Positions 54,188 to 62,289 of a stretch of DNA of 64,000 nt are shown piece by piece. The notes under the pieces were generated by a model that was not told where the DNA came from, ran no database searches, and saw nothing but the letters and a program-made list of their open reading frames with translations. The position numbers were made by a program, and so were the translations under genes. This DNA comes from a virus. The stretch is from IMG/VR virus record IMGVR_UViG_3300011113_000492, positions 59,082 through 123,081 of that record; one strand, given 5' to 3'. Each line of letters opens with the position of its first letter. Within the stretch, counting starts at the first letter, position 1.

Positions 54188-56851
54188 ATGTACGCTCACG
54201 AATTATACGAACAAAATAAACCCAGAGTTGTTGTAACATATCCTGGAAGATTTCAGCCTTTTCACCAAGGACACGCCGGTGTTTTTGCACAATTACAAAA
54301 GAAATTTGGAAGGGACAGTGTTTATATTCTAACTAGCAACGACACTAGTTCAGCAAAAAGTCCGTTTAATTTCTCAGACAAATATCAGCTAATGACCGCA
54401 GCTGGAGTGCCGGGAGATAAAATAATCGAAACTAATCAGATGTACAAGTTACCTGATTCCATTGATGCTGCTAACACTATATTCATAACTGCGGTGGGCG
54501 CACCAGATGCTGATAGATTAAATCCCGACACATATACTAAAAGAGATCAAAAAGACAAAGAAGGCAATATTACTAAGCCTGCAGGCAGTCCCAGTTACTA
54601 TAAAACTTGGGGAGGGGCCGAAACACCAGTGACCGCAGATCAGCACGGTTATGTTATTATTATTCCAGAAATACACAAAGAAGTAACTATTAAAGGTCAA
54701 AAATATGATGTAAGTCACGGTACAGAATGTCGTAACTTATGGAATTCTATTAGAAATGATGCTAAGGCTAGAACAGAGTTTCTGACTCAGATGTATGCTA
54801 GACCCAGTCAAGAACTAGCTGCTATCTTTGATAAGATACCTCAGACTACCTCAGAAGACGTCAGTGCTGACAATCAAACCAGTACCAGTCCTATTCATGG
54901 AGGACAAGTAACGCAAGGCGTGGCGGAAAGTGACCATCAATCTAGTTCTAAAACTGGCATTTATCAGACTGATGTTCTCGGAGCAAAAGCTTATCATAGT
55001 AAATGTTTAGAAAAAGGCTGCGACTGGGAATCTCGCAGATATGATCGTATCAAACAGGCACAAGACGCTGCTAAAAAACACGCTCAAACACACATCAAGT
55101 CAGGTGTGGCGGAAGGTGATCTACAAGAAATACAACGAACCAAAGGTGACAAAGAAGGACTAAGCACCAAAGGTCAGAACTGGGGCAAAGAAACTTTAGC
55201 AAAGATCAAGATGCTGCCAGGTAGTCAAAGGTTTGGTTATACTGCAAGTGATGCCGGACGTGCCGCCTCTTTCTTGACAGGTGCTGATACTATCATTGAA
55301 CTATTTGATGTAAAACATCCACAAGACGGTTTGAGAAAAGCAGGCTTTTTGTCATTGCGTTCAGCTCCGTGGTTCCCTATCAAAAACAGCTATCAAGTCG
55401 CCAACGTTGGATTAGACAGTGAATATCGCGGCACAGGCTTAGGACAAAGTCTCTACGGTATAGCAATGAAATTGTTGGGCATGACCATTGTGGCAGATGA
55501 TACACAAACCCCACAGGCTCGTAGTTCATGGCTTAGACTGTCACAGGTGCCAGGGGTAGCAATCAATGGCTACACATCTGTGTTTTCCGAAGACTGGGCA
55601 TTGAGAAACAATCGTAATGAAATCTATGACGACAGTGCCAAACGACTTATCAGTGCGCTATTGAAGGCAAGTGGACAAGAGATTGGCAAAAACTCAACAT
55701 TTGTATATGTAAGTTTCCCAGTGGGTGCCAACGCTGACCAAAATGAATTACAGGCTCTACAAAAAGGCATTACTATTTACAGTGCTCGACATCCCGAAGA
55801 TGGTGGTACTCAAAATGGGTTGTACGCTAGATGGAGTGGCCAAGTTAAGGAGCAAGGTCTGGCAGAAGATGCTGCCGGAGTTGGTGTTGTAGCTAAAAAC
55901 AAAAAGATGGCACGTGACCCAAGATACAGTATGAGTATTACTAAGGACGTAAAACCGTCGACTCCTAAAAATATGTTGCGAGCTTTTAGATTGTCTGAAG
56001 ATTCGGCAGTCAGTGAAGAGCAGATTATGAATATGGTAAAAAGTTTCTTACCATTGGCCATGAAAGAACTTAATCTAGAAAAGCTGCCAAAAATTGTTAT
56101 AAAGAAACATATCGAAACACACGATGGACAGGCTACCTTTGGCCGTTTTGTCAATGAAGAAGAAAAAATATATCTTGGCATTGCCGATAGGCACCCTGTG
56201 GATATACTGAGAACACTGGCGCACGAACTGGTACACTTCAAACAACACGAGCAAGGCAGAATGGAGCCTGACTCAGGCGACACTGGTAGCCCCATTGAAA
56301 ATGAAGCCAATGCTGTTGCTGGTGTGCTGATGCGGTATTTTAATAAAAAATATCCCAACGCAGTCAAGTCTTCAGCAGTATCCTTAGATGAAAGTCTTTT
56401 TGAGCGATATCAGCAGTTCAAAGAAAACGGCGATGAAGCAGACGAAATTAAAAAACAAAAAAATCTAATACCTTTTCCCAAAGGCACAGTCAAAGTAGAT
56501 GTCAGTGATGTCTACGATTGGTATAAAATAGGGCAGGAAATCAGCGACCTAGACGATGCTGATCCCGCAGACTTTGGCAAAGGTCCCCCACAAACAGTTA
56601 TGGCATTTGGCAGCGAACCCGAAGAACATCGATATCTAAAAGATCTAAAAAGATTGGGCTTAAAAACGCATGACATAGATGAAAACTTTGCTGATGGTCG
56701 CAATCCCCAGGACAAAGGCGACAGTAAAAGATACAATGTACCAACTAAAGGTAAAATATCTACTCTGAGAAAGATTGCTAAACAAGGCGGCCGTCGAGGA
56801 CAATTAGCCCATTGGATGGCCAATATGCGTAGTGGTAAAAACAAAAAATGA
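54188..56851 (+). CDS. Polyvalent/polyprotein: nucleotidyltransferase-like, C2H2-like, GNAT-like, HExxH metallopeptidase-like and small modules
   Basis: YPGRFQPFHQGH; C-x4-C...H-x3-H; EYRGTGLGQSLY; LAHELVH; modules separated by GVAE/GLAE/L-x-E linkers. Confidence 0.8.
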   Translation: MYAHELYEQNKPRVVVTYPGRFQPFHQGHAGVFAQLQKKFGRDSVYILTSNDTSSAKSPFNFSDKYQLMTAAGVPGDKIIETNQMYKLPDSIDAANTIFITAVGAPDADRLNPDTYTKRDQKDKEGNITKPAGSPSYYKTWGGAETPVTADQHGYVIIIPEIHKEVTIKGQKYDVSHGTECRNLWNSIRNDAKARTEFLTQMYARPSQELAAIFDKIPQTTSEDVSADNQTSTSPIHGGQVTQGVAESDHQSSSKTGIYQTDVLGAKAYHSKCLEKGCDWESRRYDRIKQAQDAAKKHAQTHIKSGVAEGDLQEIQRTKGDKEGLSTKGQNWGKETLAKIKMLPGSQRFGYTASDAGRAASFLTGADTIIELFDVKHPQDGLRKAGFLSLRSAPWFPIKNSYQVANVGLDSEYRGTGLGQSLYGIAMKLLGMTIVADDTQTPQARSSWLRLSQVPGVAINGYTSVFSEDWALRNNRNEIYDDSAKRLISALLKASGQEIGKNSTFVYVSFPVGANADQNELQALQKGITIYSARHPEDGGTQNGLYARWSGQVKEQGLAEDAAGVGVVAKNKKMARDPRYSMSITKDVKPSTPKNMLRAFRLSEDSAVSEEQIMNMVKSFLPLAMKELNLEKLPKIVIKKHIETHDGQATFGRFVNEEEKIYLGIADRHPVDILRTLAHELVHFKQHEQGRMEPDSGDTGSPIENEANAVAGVLMRYFNKKYPNAVKSSAVSLDESLFERYQQFKENGDEADEIKKQKNLIPFPKGTVKVDVSDVYDWYKIGQEISDLDDADPADFGKGPPQTVMAFGSEPEEHRYLKDLKRLGLKTHDIDENFADGRNPQDKGDSKRYNVPTKGKISTLRKIAKQGGRRGQLAHWMANMRSGKNKK

Positions 56852-57126
56852 GACAAATTGAACTGACCTGCGAAGTACGCTGCTTGGATGAAGCAGAAAA
56901 TCAATCATATCGACTATACATCGACGATAATTTAATAACCGAAAGAACGTGGATTTGGCCGTGGCATTTTCGTATAAAAGAACATGTATATCTAGATATA
57001 GAGCCCGGCGAACATACAATAAGAGTAGAACCAGTAGACAAAAAGTTTACTAAATTTTATGTAAATGCCCTGCATTTAGATGGTTACCCCACTGGCAAAG
57101 TCAGCGGAGTATTTAAAGCTATCTAA
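56848..57126 (+). CDS. Hypothetical beta-rich protein
   Basis: ATGA overlap. Confidence 0.6.
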   Translation: MRQIELTCEVRCLDEAENQSYRLYIDDNLITERTWIWPWHFRIKEHVYLDIEPGEHTIRVEPVDKKFTKFYVNALHLDGYPTGKVSGVFKAI

Positions 57127-57155
57127 TAAATATAGTAATATTACGGATTAAAACT

Positions 57156-58007
57156 ATGAAAAGTGAACATTTTTTAAAAGAAGGCTTTGTGGAAGACGCA
57201 TCAGAGGTACATGCTGATCACGAAGTACAAATGGCTAGGTCAGATTTATTTCATGCTGCGGAAGATGCGCTGGTATTACATAAATTATTAAGAAATATCA
57301 GTGAACAGCAGGGACTAGAAGGGTGGGTAGCTGCTAAGATTACCCTAGCCAGTGACTATTTAAAAACTGTTCGTGAATACATAGAGTATGAATTAATGAC
57401 TGCGGCCAGCGAACAACCCATGCTGCCAATAGCAGAAGATCGGCAAGGTGTGGCGGAAGGCTCGGATGAAAAACAATCATTTAAAGTATCTTACCATAAT
57501 CCTAAAACAAGACAAGACAAAGTAGTAACAATTAAAGCCCCTAATAAAGACGAAGTATTGGATTATTGTGCCAATAAAGGTTATAAAAATGTACACGTTG
57601 AGCAGGGTGTCTCAGAAGATGATTCAGCGGTACAATCGTTTTTAAGTAAAGGCGGAAAGATTCAACAACTGCCATATAAAAAGCCTCGCAAAGCAGATAA
57701 AACCGATTACGGCAGTAAACACATTGGCGGTAGCGGTGATAAGATGAAAGCCAGTCGTACAGGTACTGCTGCTAAAACACAGGGTAACAAGGTAGCAGGA
57801 ATGTCAGAAGGGTCGGCCTGTAACCACACCATGGAAGGTAAAAGTTGTCCAATGCATGGATTAAAGGAATGCCCTGGTTATAAATCTAGTATAGAAGAAA
57901 CCACCGCTGGTAGTGTTGCTGGTGTAGTCAACCCCACACCAAAAAACAAAGCCAAAGTTGGTACATTGTTTGGTGGAACATACAAGCAGAAAAAAACAAA
58001 GGCATAA
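57156..58007 (+). CDS. Modular (GVAE-linked) late protein
   Basis: AATAAATA upstream; modules bounded by GVAEG, GVSED and GMSEG; Cys/His cluster CNH...CPMHG...C. Confidence 0.75.
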   Translation: MKSEHFLKEGFVEDASEVHADHEVQMARSDLFHAAEDALVLHKLLRNISEQQGLEGWVAAKITLASDYLKTVREYIEYELMTAASEQPMLPIAEDRQGVAEGSDEKQSFKVSYHNPKTRQDKVVTIKAPNKDEVLDYCANKGYKNVHVEQGVSEDDSAVQSFLSKGGKIQQLPYKKPRKADKTDYGSKHIGGSGDKMKASRTGTAAKTQGNKVAGMSEGSACNHTMEGKSCPMHGLKECPGYKSSIEETTAGSVAGVVNPTPKNKAKVGTLFGGTYKQKKTKA

Positions 58008-58008
58008 T

Positions 58009-59397
58009 ATGTCAGACATGCGCCGCCTAATAGAAACTGTTGATTCTGGTACTGCTAAAACAAAAGTCGACGAAGCTTTACCATTGATAGGTGCAGGCAT
58101 TGCAGCAGGTGCAAGATTAGCTGCACCTTATGTGGCAAGAGCAGGTAGTGCTATAATGAAAGGTCTAAGAGGAACTCCAAAGCCCCCAACTACGCCTCCA
58201 ACAGTTACCCCCTCTGGAGTAACTCCAACTATTCCTACTAATGTAAATGTTCCGGCTGTAGTAAGAAATAGGCCTGGACAGCCTGTACCGGGATCTACTC
58301 CCCCTGCAAGTACTCCTGCACCCACAACAACTACCCCACCCGCGGCACAATCCACAGTGGCTAAACCAAGAATAGAAAGACGTCCTGGCGAATCTGTAGA
58401 GGATGCTATCAAAAGAGCGCAAGGTGAAAAATCAGCTCCTACAGCAAGACCAGCCGAACCTGCACCTGCTACTACATCTGCACCCACACCCGCGTCACAA
58501 ACAGGACAAGGCCCAGCAGTATGGCGTGATCCCAGAACTGGTGAAGTTAGCAGTACACCCCCCGGAGGCGGGAGTCCGCCAACTGTCAGGGATCCTTTTG
58601 CAAATCCAACATTTCCTTTTAGAGATACGACGAGAGCTGAAAGAGCTGCCGTGGGCAGGGCTCGAAGTCAAGAAAGACAAGCAGGGGAAATAATTCCAAA
58701 GCCAATTGGAGGGAAACCAGGCGATGTTCTTAAACAAAGAAGAAAATTAATATCTCCTGTGGCACTTGATACACAAACTCAACCTATTAGGGGAGGTGGT
58801 GGCGGAGGAGGTGGTGGCAGCGATCAATCTGGTGACGATGCAAGCCCTTCGGCTCCTAGTCCACAAACTAACACTGATACATCTCAGGCTATAGATTGGG
58901 ATAAAGTGGTATGGGTCGATCAATCAGCAGCCCAATCAGTATCACCAACGATTAGCAACGTGGCGCCCCAATCATCGGCACCAATTAGAACAGAACCACC
59001 AGCCCAATCAGCACCAGCCAGAGAACCAGCCAAAGTAGAACCAGCCAGAGAACCAGCCAGAGAACCAGCCAGAGAACCAGCCAGAGAACCAGCCAAAGTA
59101 GAACCAACTAAAGTAGAACCAGTCAAAACACCGTCTGTCGGTACAGGTGGTGGTCAAGGATCAGGCAGCGGAACTGGAACAGGAAGCGGACAAGGATCAG
59201 GCAGTGGTTCTGGATCGGGCACTGGATCAGGCTCTGGCAGTGGTTCAGGATCAGGCTCTGGCAGTGGTGCGGGAGAAGGACCTATAGATAGATATCAATG
59301 GCTTAAACAACAAGGAGTGACCGGGGTGCGAGAATATCGCAGTACAAAAAAATTAATGCGAGAATTTAGCAGACATTTAAACAGGATCCAACGATGA
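58009..59397 (+). CDS. P/A/T/G-rich low-complexity protein, probable internal virion protein
   Basis: Starts MSDMRRLIE; EPAR repeats and a (GS)n tract. Confidence 0.7.
   Translation: MSDMRRLIETVDSGTAKTKVDEALPLIGAGIAAGARLAAPYVARAGSAIMKGLRGTPKPPTTPPTVTPSGVTPTIPTNVNVPAVVRNRPGQPVPGSTPPASTPAPTTTTPPAAQSTVAKPRIERRPGESVEDAIKRAQGEKSAPTARPAEPAPATTSAPTPASQTGQGPAVWRDPRTGEVSSTPPGGGSPPTVRDPFANPTFPFRDTTRAERAAVGRARSQERQAGEIIPKPIGGKPGDVLKQRRKLISPVALDTQTQPIRGGGGGGGGGSDQSGDDASPSAPSPQTNTDTSQAIDWDKVVWVDQSAAQSVSPTISNVAPQSSAPIRTEPPAQSAPAREPAKVEPAREPAREPAREPAREPAKVEPTKVEPVKTPSVGTGGGQGSGSGTGTGSGQGSGSGSGSGTGSGSGSGSGSGSGSGAGEGPIDRYQWLKQQGVTGVREYRSTKKLMREFSRHLNRIQR
59014..59118 (+). repeat. Tandem 12/15-bp repeats CCAGCCAGAGAA / CCAGCCAAAGTAGAA (PARE/PAKVE)
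   Basis: Four perfect 12-mers at 59041-59088 plus flanking variants. Confidence 0.9.
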
Positions 59398-62288
59398 GCG
59401 ACATTAAAAAGTTATTAGAAACCATGGATCGCATGTCTGCAGCGGAACGTAAACCCGCAGGTCCAAAGTTTCCTGGTTATTGGAAAGGCACAGATCCTGC
59501 CAGCAAAGCCAAAGATAAAATGGTGGGCGGTGCAGAAGAAAGTATTATAAAAGATCTTCATAGTACTGCCAAAGAACGAGTCACTGAGTGGCAACTTCAA
59601 GAAAAATATGCAAGGTTCAAAGAACAAGACAGCAAAGCATACACAGGCATAGATCCAATTGTTCGACAAAGAATGGGCATGCCACCAGCTACAGCAGATG
59701 AAATTCAATCTTATTTTAACAAAAATCCACCAGCAATAAAAGCAGGGGATGGGTATCTTCATAGTAATACTGCTGTAAGTCTTGATCCGAAAAAAGATTT
59801 TGGACCCGATGCCGTTAGGTCTGGCGGACAAATGGATGTAATAAGTGCGGCAGCAGGTGCGGCAAAAAAAGCAGCAGGAATAAATGAACCTTCCGTGAAT
59901 GTAACTGACCGTCCAGTACAACCAGTTTCATCACAAGCTCAGCCACCTGCGTCAGCAGTGGCACCAGCAGCTAGACCTCAGCCACCTGTGTCAGCATCAT
60001 CTGCAACTTCCAGTTCCAATAATTCAACCACTGACAATTTCGTTAAACCCCCACCGGGGTTAATTTTGACCCCTGAACCTAATAAAAATAATGGAGCATC
60101 TGCAACTTCATCAGGACCCAATACTCAGGGGCAAGGAATGTTGAGTGGTGGTGGTAGCGCAACTTGGGCAACTAGTCCGTTAAATCCTGCCAATCGTCGA
60201 GATAGTTCATCGGCACCAGCAGTGGCGCCGTTTGGATCTGGCCCCCCTGACACTAGATTATTAATAAATCCACCTCAAGGAAATGCAGCATTAAATCCTG
60301 CCAAAAACACAGATAGTGCAACTAACATCCCTGGTGGTCAATCAGCTGGCGGGCCTGGAGTAGTACCTCCAGCCGCAAGACCCTCGTCAACAGCCACTCC
60401 TTATCGAGGCAATCAAGGCGCAAGAGAAATTCAAGCAGTAAATCCATCTATTAAAGATGTAAATAAAATTCAAGCAGGACAACGATTAAAATTGCCCGAC
60501 AGCGACAAAGATTATGTTGTACAAAAAGGCGACACTTTAGATAAAATTGGAAAAATGTATCGCAGTGGGGAAATAGGCGGGCGAGTAGTGGGAGGAGAAG
60601 GTCCAACATCATCCTCAGATTCCAGACCTCAACCTGCTGCTCCTGCTGCCGCAGCTCAACCTGCTGCTCCTGCGGCTAGACCTCAACCTGCTGCATCGGG
60701 GCCACAACCTGCTGCTCCTACAGCCAGACCAGCACCTGCTGCATCGGGGCCACAACCTGCTGCTCCTGCGGCTGCGACTCAACCCAATGCTGGAACATCG
60801 CAGACAAATTTAACTCATCCACCGGGCACTCAAGTCCAATTAAAAATCCATAATGTAAAAGATCGAGGCAAATTAGTAAATGGTGGAAAACCAATGGATA
60901 TAACTGTAATGAAAGGCGCCGACGGTAAATGGTATAATCCAAAAGGTCAACCAGTTACTTTTAATAAACCAAGCGACTTAGACCATCTAGAACGAATGCC
61001 AGCACTACAACTTCCGCGAATAACATACGATAATCCAAGGCCCCCCGGTGTGCCTGCAGGTTCAATGTCTACGCCAAATTTTTTAAAAGCTCCATTGGGC
61101 AGTTTCCAAAATTACAGAAAAGGCAGTGACGGCGAATGGTACAGAGAAGATGGTACTAGGGTAGACAGATTAGACCTGATACAGAATTTAGAAAAAAATG
61201 CAAAGACTCCGCAAGCTCCATCAGCCAGACCACAACCTGCTGCCCCAAGAGAGCCTGCTGGTCAAACCAGTAAAGTTCCTGAGGCATCTAAATCTTCCGA
61301 CGCAATGGCATCTTATGCTGCAAGGGGAGGTAGAGTTTATGCAGCAGACTTTAACAATCCCAGTGGCTTAGGCTGGGACGGTAAAGGAAAATACACTAGT
61401 TATAAGACTCCCGAGGAAGGAGTTAATGCTACCAAAGATTTAGTTGCACGATACTTAACCGATCAAACTCCATATATTAAAGGTTCTCCTACTCCGGATC
61501 AAGTGGTCAGTACATGGGTGTCGGGGGGTAAAACACCGGCTGACAAAATTCAAGGTGGAAGATATCTTCAATCAGTTAAAGATGAGCTGGCCGCGGCTGG
61601 TGTTAAATTAGATGCCAAGGGAAGAATACCTTATTCACAGGCCGCAAGAGATGCTATTACACGAGCCATTGTTCGTCACGAGACTGCCCCTAAGCATATG
61701 GAAAAATTTGCACCTTTTCTAACTGCGCCAAAAGATGCAAAAGGGTCGATTGAAGAATCGAACAAAGAAGATGAAAAAATTGCAGGACGATACGATCCCG
61801 ACGACTTTGACCTTATGGTTAAACGTTTAGGTCAACGAGCTCGAGAACAAGATCGTAAGCACGGGCCTGTTGATATTGCCGCATTAGCAAAAAGATTACG
61901 TGAATTAGAAAAAAGACATCAAACTAATGAAGTAGAAGATCCTGCGGTGAACATGCAAGATCCCGATGTACAACAGACTAGTCAAACCAGTCCGCAACAA
62001 GATCCTGCGGCTGTTAGACAGCAACAATTAGATCAAACAGTGGACATGGCCACTGCCAAAGGCACTATGACTGGTTTAAAAAATGTACTAGGACCCAAAG
62101 TAGACACAAACGCATTGGCCAGTGCTGTTACAAAAATCAGTGACGGTAAACCTTTATCTGGCCCTGAGTCGATGTCAATGAGTGCTCTTACACCTTTGAT
62201 AAGTAAAGCAGCAGAGACTCCACAAACTGCAATGGCATTAAAAACAGCATTAAGTAATGCTGGTATGTTAGCCAAGCAAGGAAAATAA
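59394..62288 (+). CDS. Large low-complexity virion protein with permuted LysM and a putative lysozyme-like domain
   Basis: Starts MSDIKKLLE; QPAAP repeats; NPSIKDVNKIQAGQRLKL then YVVQKGDTLDKI; NNPSGL...YKTPEEGVNA...AIVRHE. Confidence 0.7.
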   Translation: MSDIKKLLETMDRMSAAERKPAGPKFPGYWKGTDPASKAKDKMVGGAEESIIKDLHSTAKERVTEWQLQEKYARFKEQDSKAYTGIDPIVRQRMGMPPATADEIQSYFNKNPPAIKAGDGYLHSNTAVSLDPKKDFGPDAVRSGGQMDVISAAAGAAKKAAGINEPSVNVTDRPVQPVSSQAQPPASAVAPAARPQPPVSASSATSSSNNSTTDNFVKPPPGLILTPEPNKNNGASATSSGPNTQGQGMLSGGGSATWATSPLNPANRRDSSSAPAVAPFGSGPPDTRLLINPPQGNAALNPAKNTDSATNIPGGQSAGGPGVVPPAARPSSTATPYRGNQGAREIQAVNPSIKDVNKIQAGQRLKLPDSDKDYVVQKGDTLDKIGKMYRSGEIGGRVVGGEGPTSSSDSRPQPAAPAAAAQPAAPAARPQPAASGPQPAAPTARPAPAASGPQPAAPAAATQPNAGTSQTNLTHPPGTQVQLKIHNVKDRGKLVNGGKPMDITVMKGADGKWYNPKGQPVTFNKPSDLDHLERMPALQLPRITYDNPRPPGVPAGSMSTPNFLKAPLGSFQNYRKGSDGEWYREDGTRVDRLDLIQNLEKNAKTPQAPSARPQPAAPREPAGQTSKVPEASKSSDAMASYAARGGRVYAADFNNPSGLGWDGKGKYTSYKTPEEGVNATKDLVARYLTDQTPYIKGSPTPDQVVSTWVSGGKTPADKIQGGRYLQSVKDELAAAGVKLDAKGRIPYSQAARDAITRAIVRHETAPKHMEKFAPFLTAPKDAKGSIEESNKEDEKIAGRYDPDDFDLMVKRLGQRAREQDRKHGPVDIAALAKRLRELEKRHQTNEVEDPAVNMQDPDVQQTSQTSPQQDPAAVRQQQLDQTVDMATAKGTMTGLKNVLGPKVDTNALASAVTKISDGKPLSGPESMSMSALTPLISKAAETPQTAMALKTALSNAGMLAKQGK

Positions 62289-62289
62289 T

